This document shows positions 1 to 9,968 of a DNA stretch of 64,000 bases, piece after piece. Made by a program: the position numbers and the translations under genes. The notes beneath the pieces are model-generated. The model saw nothing but the letters and a program-made list of their open reading frames with translations, was not told where the DNA came from and ran no database searches. Positions within the stretch are counted from its first letter, which is position 1; each line of letters opens with the position of its first letter. Origin of the DNA: a virus; IMG/VR virus record IMGVR_UViG_3300006841_000093, positions 70,506 to 134,505 of that record; one strand, 5' to 3'.

Positions 1-2
1 CA

Positions 3-446
3 ATGAAACGCCGAAGAGGTTATGAGAAACCTGTTATAGTTGAACATAAAGATAATATTGAAACAAAAGAACTATCTTGGCAAGGTTATGATACTGTAAA
101 TTTATCTACTTGTGTAGAGGCGTTTGAATTATTTGATGAAATAGTTAATAGTGTCGGTGATGGAACGTTTACTGCCCCAGAAAAGGGGTATCTTAAAGAA
201 GCACTAATGTTGACAGATAAATGTCTTTGTATTTCACAAGTACCAGAAGAAGAAATAACAGAAGAAGATGAAGTGAATTACATAAAAAGTTCAGAGAAAG
301 CAATAAAACTTTTGGAGACTGTTAAAAAACGAACAGGCATACCATTTGAATATTCGTTTTTGAATGATCTTCAAGTAAAAGTTGCACCTAATGCACAACC
401 ACGAAAAACATTTACACAATTTTCAGGAGAAATGTATGGCCTCTGA
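3..446 (+). CDS. hypothetical protein (head region)
   Basis: ORF track; codon usage like neighbouring genes; no recognised motif. Confidence 0.6.
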   Translation: MKRRRGYEKPVIVEHKDNIETKELSWQGYDTVNLSTCVEAFELFDEIVNSVGDGTFTAPEKGYLKEALMLTDKCLCISQVPEEEITEEDEVNYIKSSEKAIKLLETVKKRTGIPFEYSFLNDLQVKVAPNAQPRKTFTQFSGEMYGL

Positions 447-1572
447 TAGCCTATTAACAGTAATTCAAGGACTAGTCAAGAGAGATGGTCGAATTGCAAA
501 AGAAGACGCCAAGAAAGCTAAAGAAGCAGTAAAGGCGCAAAAAGAACAAGAAGATGAAGAAGATGAGGATGAAGAACCAGTAGGAGAACCTGCTGATAAT
601 CAACCGCCTGCAGATGAGCCACCACCTGAAGAGGGTGAAGATGAAGAAGGTGAAGAAGAGGACGAAGAAGAGGGTGATTATGATAATAAAGTTTCTGGAC
701 CCGATCCTGCATTAGTTCAACAAGTTTCCCAAATAGTTATGCAACAAATACAAGATATGTTGCAGGCAGCAGACGATGCTCAAAAAGATAGAACAAAAGA
801 CGATATTAAACTTTCTGGTAAGAAAGAAAAAATAGATACTAAACCCAAAATGGAACAAATAGTAACAAGGAGAGAAAGAATGAATTTCCAAGAAGCAATC
901 CGTTTGGCCGTCACGGACACACATCTAGAAGAAGGTTATGAATCTGTTGTCCTTGATATTCTAGAAGATGAAGGTATAGATGGCCCTTTAGGTTATGAAC
1001 CATTTTTTGAAAAAGGTAAATTATATGTAGAAAAAGGTTCAGAAAAGAAAGCCGCAAAGGTACTTAAAAACTCTAAAGATATTCGAAAAGTTCCTAAAAT
1101 TGTAGGAGAAGAATTATCAGAAGAAGAGTATCTTCAAATGGAATCAGTAGCCGTTGATGGTAGACTAAAAGGATTTAGAGAAGCCCTTAAACGTTTAACT
1201 TATGAAAAAATTAAAGCAATGAAGGCTAAAGAAGAAGTCAAAAAAGAACATTTGAATGCAGGTCTTGGAAAAGAAGGTGTTGAAAAAGATACTAAAGGTG
1301 ATGGAGATGAATATCAAAAGTTCTTCAAAGCAGCACTCAAGAAGTTTGGGGTAGATGAGCCTGATCAACTAGAAGGTGATAAGAAAAAAGAATTCTTTGA
1401 TTATGTTGATAAAAATTGGAAGGCCGATAATGAAAAGCCTGAGCCAGAAGATAAAAAAGAAGAAGTTGATATCGAAGAAATGAGAAATATTCTTCAAAAT
1501 ATGGATATTGATCAACTAACTGATGATATCATTGAGAAAGCCACAAAACTTGTCCAAAAGGCAAAAAAATGA
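436..1572 (+). CDS. acidic prohead core/scaffold-like protein with a possible internal in-frame start at 880
   Basis: RBS GGAGA before ATG 436 (preferred to the track start at 382); very E/D-rich low-complexity segment; many (L/I)xE motifs; internal AAGGAG...ATG at 880. Confidence 0.55.
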   Translation: MASDSLLTVIQGLVKRDGRIAKEDAKKAKEAVKAQKEQEDEEDEDEEPVGEPADNQPPADEPPPEEGEDEEGEEEDEEEGDYDNKVSGPDPALVQQVSQIVMQQIQDMLQAADDAQKDRTKDDIKLSGKKEKIDTKPKMEQIVTRRERMNFQEAIRLAVTDTHLEEGYESVVLDILEDEGIDGPLGYEPFFEKGKLYVEKGSEKKAAKVLKNSKDIRKVPKIVGEELSEEEYLQMESVAVDGRLKGFREALKRLTYEKIKAMKAKEEVKKEHLNAGLGKEGVEKDTKGDGDEYQKFFKAALKKFGVDEPDQLEGDKKKEFFDYVDKNWKADNEKPEPEDKKEEVDIEEMRNILQNMDIDQLTDDIIEKATKLVQKAKK

Positions 1573-2780
1573 AGAGATTTGGAGAGTACATCTCAAACCA
1601 AGATGAAAAAGTAGCTCCATCAATAGAAAAGACAGTAGAAAAGAAATCTATTGATGAAGCTGCTTCTCTTGGAGATTTATTAATTGGTTTAGCTGCTGCG
1701 GGTGGAGCCGCGGGTTTTAAAGCTGCTTGGAATAAATGGGCTCCAACTAAGGGAGCAAGGGCAAAGAGAAAAGAAAAAGCCGATGATAAAGAGGAACGAA
1801 GACAAGAAAAAATTGCAAAGGCAAAGAAGAAGGGGAACGAAAAGAAGTTAAAAAAATTAATGTCTCCTGATGAATATAAGAAATATGGTGATGAAAAAAC
1901 ACAAAAGAAAAAAGATGATCAAAAAGCCAAGTTAGATAAAAAGGGTGAAAAAGAAAGAGGTGGAATTGAAGATCCTAAAGATGCTGAAGCATATTTCAAA
2001 AAACATGGTGAGGCGCCAAGAGGATGGAGAAACGCCGCTGCAGATGGTGAAGCTCCAGAGTTGATGACAAGAGCCGATTATGCAAAAGAATTAAAACGGC
2101 GAAGGAAAATTAACACAAAACAAGAACCAGACAAGAAACCTGAACCAAAAGATAATACTAATGATTCATTTAAACCGGAGGGGGATATGGCTCTAAAAGA
2201 AAGTCCAGAACTTCAAGCAATTATGTCTTTAGATGATGAAGGAATAAAAGCCGATATCAATCGTAAAGGTCAAGTGGTTGTTAAGAAAAAAGATTTAAAG
2301 AAAGCCGAAAAGAAACTGAAAAAAGAATTTGGTGGTAAATTCAAATCATTATTACCAAAACTTGTAGGTGAAGAAGTTCTAGAAGATGGAACTGATGCAA
2401 TGATAAATCAATATAAAAAAGATACTCCAGGACAGAGAACTGCATGGGAAGTAGTATCTAAAGCTCGTGCAAAAATAATTGAAGCGGTTGACGCCGAGGC
2501 AGCAAGAGAATTATACTTATTCATGCAAAATGAAAGATCTTTAATGAGACAAAAAGACTCTATCATTAAGAATATTTCAAATAAAATGAAGAGTGGTAAA
2601 TATGATCATAAACAAGCACCTAAACTATGGATGTATTGGGTAGATAATGGCGCAAAAGAATATGATAAATTGTACAGCTCTCCAGGCGTGAAAACTTTTG
2701 ATAAAGATACAAAGATGTCGGTGGCTATTCAGCTAGGTGATGAATATAAAGCCGAAATCGAATTAGGAAATTACAGTTAA
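1569..2780 (+). CDS. head-associated multi-module protein with a possible internal start at 2187
   Basis: N-terminus MKRFGEYIS; K-rich modules separated by xLE/IxE motifs; internal GGAGGGGG..ATG at 2187 in frame. Confidence 0.55.
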   Translation: MKRFGEYISNQDEKVAPSIEKTVEKKSIDEAASLGDLLIGLAAAGGAAGFKAAWNKWAPTKGARAKRKEKADDKEERRQEKIAKAKKKGNEKKLKKLMSPDEYKKYGDEKTQKKKDDQKAKLDKKGEKERGGIEDPKDAEAYFKKHGEAPRGWRNAAADGEAPELMTRADYAKELKRRRKINTKQEPDKKPEPKDNTNDSFKPEGDMALKESPELQAIMSLDDEGIKADINRKGQVVVKKKDLKKAEKKLKKEFGGKFKSLLPKLVGEEVLEDGTDAMINQYKKDTPGQRTAWEVVSKARAKIIEAVDAEAARELYLFMQNERSLMRQKDSIIKNISNKMKSGKYDHKQAPKLWMYWVDNGAKEYDKLYSSPGVKTFDKDTKMSVAIQLGDEYKAEIELGNYS

Positions 2781-2788
2781 GGAATCTA

Positions 2789-3043
2789 ATGGAAAAAAAT
2801 GATAATTACTTTGATAATAAATCAGAGGCCGAGAAGTTAAGAAATGTTGCATCTATGGTCAATGATATTGTAAATACTAAACCTGATGATTCACTTGAAG
2901 TAAAAGAGTCAGATACCGAAACTAAAGAAGAATTGCCTGAAGTAGATCCTGTAGTAGATTTAGTAGGTAAAGCAATATCTACACATAATCCAAATAGAGG
3001 AGCATTCTTTCAAGGGGTACAAAAACAAGGAACAACGAAATGA
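2789..3043 (+). CDS. hypothetical protein
   Basis: ORF with AAGGA RBS. Confidence 0.6.
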   Translation: MEKNDNYFDNKSEAEKLRNVASMVNDIVNTKPDDSLEVKESDTETKEELPEVDPVVDLVGKAISTHNPNRGAFFQGVQKQGTTK

Positions 3044-3222
3044 CACAGTATAATTATGAATTAGATCTCGTTAATGAGCGTCTAAAACAGATTGATGACA
3101 TCATGGAAAAGTTTTCGGGGTTTCCTGAAGTTAAACAAAAATTACAAGGTGCGAGAGACGCATTAGTAGAAAGCGAAGAAGAAATTATGACATATTATGA
3201 TCTTACAAGTTTAGAGAAGTAA
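3040..3222 (+). CDS. small helical hypothetical protein
   Basis: ORF coupled to the upstream gene (ATGA overlap). Confidence 0.6.
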   Translation: MTQYNYELDLVNERLKQIDDIMEKFSGFPEVKQKLQGARDALVESEEEIMTYYDLTSLEK

Positions 3223-3229
3223 ATAAGTC

Positions 3230-3236
3230 ATAAATA
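3230..3236 (+). promoter_or_regulatory. T4-type late promoter (ATAAATA)
   Basis: ATAAATA matches the T4 late TATAAATA core, upstream of a structural gene; gp33 is present in the window. Confidence 0.5.
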
Positions 3237-3270
3237 TTATAATAACAACTCAATTTAATAGGAGAAAAAC

Positions 3271-3894
3271 ATGCCTTTATGGGGAACAGCTCATGCATCG
3301 GCAACAAACAAACCCAAGTTTTTGCCAACTGATGAGGATTCAGATTATGCCAGAGCAGACAGCTATGCAACACAAGCTGGATGGGTAATGCAACCAGGAC
3401 ACGTTTCATCTGGAAATGACAATACAGCTGCAGATCCGGAAGTTTTAGTTGCAAGTGGTGGTCTTGCAGGAGCAGACGCGACTAGTGGTCTTAGAGCACC
3501 AACTATTACATCAATGAGATTTGTCAAAGGAACAACTGCTACTACAGATTTAACTGCCGCTGATTCAACAGCAAGAGTTCGTGTTGAAATCACATGGGAT
3601 GAGGAAGTAACTGTTGCAGGTACACCACAAGTTGTAGTTGCTAATAGTAACGCCTCAGGTGGTGGATTTGGTAACTATACACTTAGTTATATTGCATCTG
3701 GTTCAACTGCAAATAGAAAACTATTTGAAGCAACAAGTCAAAGTTTGGGTAATACTGATGTTCTGACATTAGGTGGATCAAACATTACACTTAATGGTGG
3801 AACAATTTCTGATACAGTAGTAGGTGGAACAACTCTTGCTGCATCATTAGTACTTTCCGGTCTTTCAGCAGTTGCAGTAACAATTGCATCATAA
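3271..3894 (+). CDS. virion structural protein
   Basis: MPLWG N-terminus typical of marine T4-like virion proteins; G/T/S/A-rich beta-type sequence; strong AGGAG RBS. Confidence 0.65.
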   Translation: MPLWGTAHASATNKPKFLPTDEDSDYARADSYATQAGWVMQPGHVSSGNDNTAADPEVLVASGGLAGADATSGLRAPTITSMRFVKGTTATTDLTAADSTARVRVEITWDEEVTVAGTPQVVVANSNASGGGFGNYTLSYIASGSTANRKLFEATSQSLGNTDVLTLGGSNITLNGGTISDTVVGGTTLAASLVLSGLSAVAVTIAS

Positions 3895-3900
3895 TAATTA

Positions 3901-4161
3901 ATGTTTGGAGTTAAAATGGCAAAAAGTTTATTAAAGAAGGCTAAGAAAGCCTCTAAAAGTGTGAAGAAGGAAGTTAAAAAGGAAGTACACAAACTTACTA
4001 ATAAGCCCTCTTCTGCCAGAGATCATATAGAATCCCTTTCAAAACAACGCAGAGATGCGGCAGTTATATGGGGGATGATTCAAAATGGAAACCATAGTGA
4101 TTCAGAGATCAAAAAAATGGTTGAAGAAAAAGGTTTTCATACACTATTAGGTGAATTGTAG
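3901..4161 (+). CDS. hypothetical basic protein
   Basis: ORF track. Confidence 0.55.
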   Translation: MFGVKMAKSLLKKAKKASKSVKKEVKKEVHKLTNKPSSARDHIESLSKQRRDAAVIWGMIQNGNHSDSEIKKMVEEKGFHTLLGEL

Positions 4162-4182
4162 TCTAATAGTTTTTTTACAGAG

Positions 4183-4271
4183 TTACGTCTAGAGCATTCC
4201 CTTCCGCAAGAATGTGGAGCTCTAGCGTAATGTCTTTAACGGTGGCGAGTCCCGTCACATAGCCGTAGGAG
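4183..4271 (+). ncRNA. candidate structured 5' leader RNA
   Basis: TTACGTCTAGAGC (4183-4195) pairs with GCTCTAGCGTAA (4219-4230); second hairpin GTGGCG/CGTCAC directly before the AGGAG RBS. Confidence 0.45.
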
Positions 4272-4276
4272 AAAAA

Positions 4277-4720
4277 ATGGCTGATAAGAAAATTACCGCA
4301 CTTAATGCTTCAACCGCATTAAGTACTGATGATCTTTTACACGTAGTTGATGATCCAAGTGGATCACCTACTAACAAGAAGATCACCGCCGCGAATGTGT
4401 TCAACAAGATCCCAACATGGATCGCATTTGCTGGAACACCTCAAGCACTTTCCGGTGCTGGAGCCGCAAATCTCACCACAGCAATTACTAACTGTACCTC
4501 TACTGGTGCAGCACAAGTAGTTAGCCTTGCTGACTCAACACAAGCAGGTCAAGTTAAAATCATCACACATACTGTTGATGGTGGAGATGTGAGAGTTACA
4601 CCAACTACTTTAGATGGTGGAACTTATGCAACTCTTGATGCTGTTGGTGATACTGTTGTTCTACTTTGGAACGATAGTGCATGGCAGATTATCGGTGGAA
4701 ATGGTTACGCAGTAACTTAA
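4277..4720 (+). CDS. virion structural protein (fibre/baseplate-associated type)
   Basis: MADKKITAL...[10 protein letters not shown]-terminal motif typical of phage fibre proteins. Confidence 0.65.
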   Translation: MADKKITALNASTALSTDDLLHVVDDPSGSPTNKKITAANVFNKIPTWIAFAGTPQALSGAGAANLTTAITNCTSTGAAQVVSLADSTQAGQVKIITHTVDGGDVRVTPTTLDGGTYATLDAVGDTVVLLWNDSAWQIIGGNGYAVT

Positions 4721-4739
4721 TCCATAGTTTTTTAATGTG

Positions 4740-4766
4740 GAGTAGGTCGAAAGACCTACTCTTTTT
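4740..4766 (+). terminator. intrinsic terminator
   Basis: GAGTAGGTC-GAAA-GACCTACTC perfect stem followed by TTTTT. Confidence 0.85.
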
Positions 4767-4781
4767 GATGATAGGTTTATT

Positions 4782-5039
4782 ATGGCAAAAGAAATGACAA
4801 TTAGTATTACAGAATTAAAAGCAGAAAAAGCAAAACTTGAAGGAGATCGTGCAGTTCTAGGTGAAAGAGTTGTAGCACTTAATGCAGAACGAGATAAATC
4901 TCAACAACAATTAATAATGATTGCAGGAGCAATTCAAGCAATCAATCAACTTATTGAGAGACATGATCCAGAAGTAGTCGAGCTTGGTAGTGATTTATCA
5001 GATGAAAACCACGGACCTGGCCCCGATGAAGAAAAATGA
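4782..5039 (+). CDS. coiled-coil hypothetical protein
   Basis: heptad pattern. Confidence 0.6.
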   Translation: MAKEMTISITELKAEKAKLEGDRAVLGERVVALNAERDKSQQQLIMIAGAIQAINQLIERHDPEVVELGSDLSDENHGPGPDEEK

Positions 5040-5434
5040 TATTTGATGATCTAAATGATGATAATTTCCTCATGTATGCCATGAAGGAATATAATGATGT
5101 ACAATGTACAGATATTGAAGAATTTTATGATGACTTAAAGAAAATTAAGTATATCAAGAGACTCTTTAATATTTACAAAAATAATGGTCAATTAAAGGAA
5201 CGATTAATTCTTAATCACCTTATAGTATTTTACAATGTTTTTTCAGTACAGGCAGGCACACGAATATTGTTTTATAAGATTGAAAAAGACTTTTGGCCAA
5301 TGTTAAAAACATTCTTAATTTTCTTGGATCGAATGCCTGAAAAGATAGATTCGATTAGGGGTGAAACAATACTAACATCCAATATTAAACTGGACGATGG
5401 TATTGTTACTCGATTAAGATCAATAAAGGTTTAA
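5036..5434 (+). CDS. conserved T4-like hypothetical protein
   Basis: FDDLNDDNFLMYAMKEY...DLKKIKYIKRLF...ERLILNH pattern recalled from T4-like phage genomes. Confidence 0.7.
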   Translation: MIFDDLNDDNFLMYAMKEYNDVQCTDIEEFYDDLKKIKYIKRLFNIYKNNGQLKERLILNHLIVFYNVFSVQAGTRILFYKIEKDFWPMLKTFLIFLDRMPEKIDSIRGETILTSNIKLDDGIVTRLRSIKV

Positions 5435-8176
5435 ATGGGCGTAATCACTGGAGCAGCAAATTTATATTTTATCTATAAATTTATAAGGATTCTTACTACT
5501 CCTTTTAATAAGACTGATGCGTTTAAATTGGGAATTGTAGATGAAAATGGTAAAATTCTCAAGAAAAAGGCAAAATTAAAAACTGATGAAGAAAAAGATG
5601 CCTATACCATGATGCATCGATTGGTATGGAAACTAAAACGATTAATGGAGAAAATTCCATTTGGTAAATCACGTTTAGCATCTTACGCCGCCGCTCTTTG
5701 GTTGATTAAAGAAAACAAAGAAGATAATATTTCAGAAGAAGAATTACAAGAATCATTTTTGTCCTTCTTAGAAACTGATTGGGAAAATGATGCACTCATT
5801 CTCAAAGAAAACTACGAAGGTGATTTAGATAAAAAAACATTTGAAGATTTAAAAGAAGGTCATAAGAAGGTAAAATTACCACCACACCTCGCAAAATTCT
5901 TTGACAAAAAAGGTAATCTAAAAAAGGATGCAGCAGATCGTGTCCAAAAAGGTAGAGCACAAAGAGGTGTAAAAATAACAGATAGAACTCCCGATTGGAT
6001 GTTTGAAATAGCACCGCCTGGTTGGGAAGGTACTGTTAAAGCAATGAAAAAGAAAAAAGGAATAGATAATCCTTATGCACTCGCATGGCATATGCATAAT
6101 AAAGGAATGAAACCACACATACCAGAAGAATTGGGAGGAATAATGGGTCAAGCTTTTCAAACCTATCTTGATGAAAAACGAAAATCTTTAAAAAATACAA
6201 AAGATGTTGGAATGGAATGTCAAGAATGTGGTAAAAAATTTAGAGCCAAATTATCTACATTAGAATATGGTAAAACTAAATGTCCAAAATGTAAGAGTAC
6301 AGATCTAGATTTTCAATTTGGTGAGCAAGTAGTAGAGGGGTGGAAAATAGTAGAACATAAGGGTACTAAACCCCATAAACATCCACATGAAGATGATGAA
6401 GAAATGGATGAAAAGAAAATAATGAAATTAAAAATTAAACCAAAGAAGATTAAAAAGATGAAGGACTTGAGACTTTATGCCCCCTCTAAGAAGAAAAGTA
6501 GTTCACCTTCTTCATCTCCCCACACTCCAGCGTATGGTATATCAAGAAAAGGTGGATTTGGTGCTGGTAAAGGATATGGCACAACTTTCTCAGGAAAAAC
6601 ACGTTCACCTATTATGTTTGGTGAAGAAGAAATTAATGAAAAGGAAGTAGCAGTACAACCAACAGTAGATAATCTTAAACAGATTGTAAAGGACAAACAG
6701 AATGCAGTGTTCATGTTTAAGGATGGTAAAGCAAGAGTTGATCTTTTCTCTGCATCTGCTTTAATGGGAGTATATAATGCATTAAAACCCGCCACAAGAA
6801 AGAAGTTTGAAACAATGATTAAGACCAAAGGTGGTTTTATGAAATCGGCAGAATTTGCATTCAAGATGGCGAAAGAAGAAGTAGATCCTCACGCAAAAGT
6901 AATGGCGAAAAAAGGAGATAGTCCAGAAAAGATTAAAGACATGCATCCAGAAATTACGGATGATGAACTAGAAAAACTGTTTAAAGAGGAATTTAATATT
7001 AAACCTGAAATACCAAAATTTAGTCAATTCTTAAAAGAAGGACGACCATCATTAGATCCCGATTATGTACCTTCGGCCACTTTAACTGATAAAATGAGAG
7101 CAAAGCTATTATCTACACAGAAAAAGCTTTATTCATCAAAAGACATCGAATCAATGGCCCGGAAGTATAAACAAAAACTTGTCGGAGATCCTGTTGGTGG
7201 AAAATCATGGGGAGGAGATTGGGAAATCGTATTAAGAAATGGTGTAAGTTTATCGTATGAATACGGTCCAAATTCTACTTATATTAAAGGGTGGAAGTTT
7301 GATAGAAAAGCAATACAGAAGTATATTGGTAAATATGCAAATGAGCATGAAACTCCAAGAGACTATGCACCAATGGGAGGAAAAGTTCTAGTCGGTGGTC
7401 TTGAAGCGGCTTTTGAAGTAATTTCTGAGGCAGCAGGGTTTCATAATTATCCAAAAAGAAATAAAGTGGGTGATGAAATAGAAAAACTTGCAAGTAAAGG
7501 TGGAGCGGAAGCAGATAAACTTTTCGTAATAGCTACTGCATTACAGAAAGGTAGAATTCCAAATAAATTTATTAAAGAACTTAGCCCTAAGAGGAAAAAA
7601 GAAGTTCATGCTATTATGAAAGATTTTAAATGGAAAATATTACCAGAAGAAGATGAACTTAATGAACGGAAATATAACTGGGCCGTTATTGATACCGCAG
7701 ATAAAAATAGAGTTCAAGCACTCACAAGTGATGAGAAAGGAGCCCGTGATTCTGTCAAATCTTCTACTATTTCAAAACATGATTATCATTATGGGAAAGA
7801 TCCTAAAACTCTGAAGGTTGTTAAACTTAAAAAGGCACATAAAGATAATGATATTGGAGATCCATTAAAAGAAGAAGCACCCGCAAATAGTGTAGCAGGT
7901 GGAAACGTTAATTTAGATCCCTTTAAGAAGAAAAGGAAAAACGCAAAAGTAGAAACAGAATCTTTTGCAGGACAAAAGGTATTCGTAGTTACTCCAGATG
8001 TATATTATCAATCACGATTGGGAAAATCTAGATATTTGAGATATGAAAAATTCGTTGGAAACGATAAATTAGGAGAAGCAATCCGTCAATACGGAAGAGA
8101 AAATCCTAAAGCAGCAATTATTTTAAAGAATTCAGTAAACGGAGCTATGTTATATTTAAAATATGGAAAGAAATAG
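5435..8176 (+). CDS. 913-aa mosaic head-associated polyprotein-like protein
   Basis: conserved T4-like N-terminal domain (YKFIRILTTPF...DAFKLGIVDENG), CxxC...CxxC zinc ribbon, several small modules separated by (L/I)xE motifs. Confidence 0.65.
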   Translation: MGVITGAANLYFIYKFIRILTTPFNKTDAFKLGIVDENGKILKKKAKLKTDEEKDAYTMMHRLVWKLKRLMEKIPFGKSRLASYAAALWLIKENKEDNISEEELQESFLSFLETDWENDALILKENYEGDLDKKTFEDLKEGHKKVKLPPHLAKFFDKKGNLKKDAADRVQKGRAQRGVKITDRTPDWMFEIAPPGWEGTVKAMKKKKGIDNPYALAWHMHNKGMKPHIPEELGGIMGQAFQTYLDEKRKSLKNTKDVGMECQECGKKFRAKLSTLEYGKTKCPKCKSTDLDFQFGEQVVEGWKIVEHKGTKPHKHPHEDDEEMDEKKIMKLKIKPKKIKKMKDLRLYAPSKKKSSSPSSSPHTPAYGISRKGGFGAGKGYGTTFSGKTRSPIMFGEEEINEKEVAVQPTVDNLKQIVKDKQNAVFMFKDGKARVDLFSASALMGVYNALKPATRKKFETMIKTKGGFMKSAEFAFKMAKEEVDPHAKVMAKKGDSPEKIKDMHPEITDDELEKLFKEEFNIKPEIPKFSQFLKEGRPSLDPDYVPSATLTDKMRAKLLSTQKKLYSSKDIESMARKYKQKLVGDPVGGKSWGGDWEIVLRNGVSLSYEYGPNSTYIKGWKFDRKAIQKYIGKYANEHETPRDYAPMGGKVLVGGLEAAFEVISEAAGFHNYPKRNKVGDEIEKLASKGGAEADKLFVIATALQKGRIPNKFIKELSPKRKKEVHAIMKDFKWKILPEEDELNERKYNWAVIDTADKNRVQALTSDEKGARDSVKSSTISKHDYHYGKDPKTLKVVKLKKAHKDNDIGDPLKEEAPANSVAGGNVNLDPFKKKRKNAKVETESFAGQKVFVVTPDVYYQSRLGKSRYLRYEKFVGNDKLGEAIRQYGRENPKAAIILKNSVNGAMLYLKYGKK

Positions 8177-8186
8177 GAAATAAAAT

Positions 8187-8570
8187 ATGGCAGAAGGGAA
8201 GGAGCTCCAAGATGTTAAGCTCGAAGTCGGTCTGTTAAAAAATGAGGTCGAAGCCAGAGGAAAACAAACAGAGGTTCTTCTTTCTAAACTTGATCTCACC
8301 ACAGACAAACTTCAACAGCTTACAGTACAAATAATAAAGTTAAATACTCGACAGGAAGATCATCTCAAACATGATACTACTGTGCGTGATGAACTAAAAA
8401 TTCTTCATACAAGAATTGGTGATCTTCATGATAAGCAATTATCTGCACAGAAAGAAATAGAACACAGACTTGATCGTTTAGATCAATATAAATCAAAACT
8501 TATGGGTATGATTGTTGTAGTGGGAGGTGCACTTGGTGTAACTGTTACACTTGCACTACATTTTCTATAA
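8187..8570 (+). CDS. coiled-coil protein with C-terminal membrane anchor
   Basis: long heptad repeat then hydrophobic LMGMIVVVGGALGVTVTLAL. Confidence 0.65.
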   Translation: MAEGKELQDVKLEVGLLKNEVEARGKQTEVLLSKLDLTTDKLQQLTVQIIKLNTRQEDHLKHDTTVRDELKILHTRIGDLHDKQLSAQKEIEHRLDRLDQYKSKLMGMIVVVGGALGVTVTLALHFL

Positions 8571-8581
8571 AGAAAGGTAAT

Positions 8582-8860
8582 ATGAAAACTTTTAAAGAAT
8601 TAACAGATGAATTAATTTCACGTTGGAGTGAGGCCGTAAAGAGAAAGGTAGTATTCAGAGGTGGAAAACGACAGGTGAAAAAAGTTACCGATAAAGCGGG
8701 ATTTAAAATGGTAGGTGGTAAAGAAGTTAAAATGGATGCTAAAGAAAAAATGAAACGTAAAAAGGGTGCCAAAATTGCTGCAAGAAAAGCAAAAAGTAAA
8801 AAAGGAGTAGCAGCAAAGAAGCGTCTTAAGTCATTGAAAAAAGGTGGACATATAAAATGA
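8582..8860 (+). CDS. prohead core protein gp68-like basic protein
   Basis: MKTFKE start; KRKVVFRGGK...RKKGAKIAARKAK...KKRLKSLKK resembles the basic C-terminal region of gp68 in T4-like phages. Confidence 0.55.
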   Translation: MKTFKELTDELISRWSEAVKRKVVFRGGKRQVKKVTDKAGFKMVGGKEVKMDAKEKMKRKKGAKIAARKAKSKKGVAAKKRLKSLKKGGHIK

Positions 8861-9114
8861 AAACGTATTCAAGGTTTAAAGAAGGTTCATTAGACGACAA
8901 ACTTGATAAGTACGTTAGTAACGAAATCAAGAAAAGGAAACTCGCAAGATTTCCTGTGAATGCTACTGATGACTACCAAATGAAAAAGAAGAAACCTGCG
9001 TTTACTTTTCCATCACCAACAGGCGAAATGATAATTAAAGTGTGGTTAAGACCTATGGCAAAACCCGCAAAGAGCCATACAAAAGCATTTAATTACGAAT
9101 TGGATGATAAGTAA
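8857..9114 (+). CDS. hypothetical protein with CTS-like N-terminus
   Basis: MKTYSRFKE. Confidence 0.55.
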   Translation: MKTYSRFKEGSLDDKLDKYVSNEIKKRKLARFPVNATDDYQMKKKKPAFTFPSPTGEMIIKVWLRPMAKPAKSHTKAFNYELDDK

Positions 9115-9968
9115 TGTTAACCCTAAAAGAATATGCTGTATACAGTACTTCAGATTATGTATTCACATGGGATGATCACATACCGATATCTGGTCCTATG
9201 TTAAAAAGAATCTGGCCAAATTCAATTCGTGCCACAGTCTTTCATGCTACTGATTTAAAAGGACTTCATTCATTGATAAGAATGGAAGGAAGTAAAAAAA
9301 CTATTTCTGCATTTTTCTCAATGATGGGAAAATATATGGGAACTGGTGTAGCTACAGGAGGGGGTATCGTTGCAGAGTTAGAAGCCGATGTTCTTGTATC
9401 TGCAAGAGATGATATAATGAGTAAAGTAGATAAAACGGGTAGAAGATGGGTTACATTAGATTTCTTTTCATCTGCCGCAAGAAACTACTTAGGTCGTGAC
9501 CGATTCGCTATGGTAGAAAAAGAGTTTTTATCATTAAAACAATACTTAGTTTCTAAACATGTAGATAAAAATCTTTATAATCAAAATATGTGGAAAGATG
9601 TCTGGAAAGAAATGAAAGATTATCTAAAATATGATGGTAGAAAAATAGCTGCGGTGATAAAAGATTATTTTGATGGTGTAGAGAAAATTCTTAAAAGACA
9701 TGAAGATATAATGGGTAGTATTATGTATGGTTATGCAAGATCAAAAAGACAAACTGATAATTCATGGGATGAACAAATAGTCAATAACTTCACGATTAAG
9801 AAAATTCATGTTCTTGAAGTAAAAGGCTATGAAGATGCAGATTATGTATATCATGATGAAATAAAAGATATTGGAAGACCAATTAAGAAATGGGATTCTG
9901 ATGTAGATTTGGAAATGTATACAAGACAAGTCGTTGCAAAAGAAGTACCAGCAAGGAAAAAGAGATGA
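9114..9968 (+). CDS. putative ADP-ribosyltransferase-fold protein (paralog 1)
   Basis: TVFHAT, TISAF and WDEQIV motifs; paralog of 11152-12042. Confidence 0.45.
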   Translation: MLTLKEYAVYSTSDYVFTWDDHIPISGPMLKRIWPNSIRATVFHATDLKGLHSLIRMEGSKKTISAFFSMMGKYMGTGVATGGGIVAELEADVLVSARDDIMSKVDKTGRRWVTLDFFSSAARNYLGRDRFAMVEKEFLSLKQYLVSKHVDKNLYNQNMWKDVWKEMKDYLKYDGRKIAAVIKDYFDGVEKILKRHEDIMGSIMYGYARSKRQTDNSWDEQIVNNFTIKKIHVLEVKGYEDADYVYHDEIKDIGRPIKKWDSDVDLEMYTRQVVAKEVPARKKR

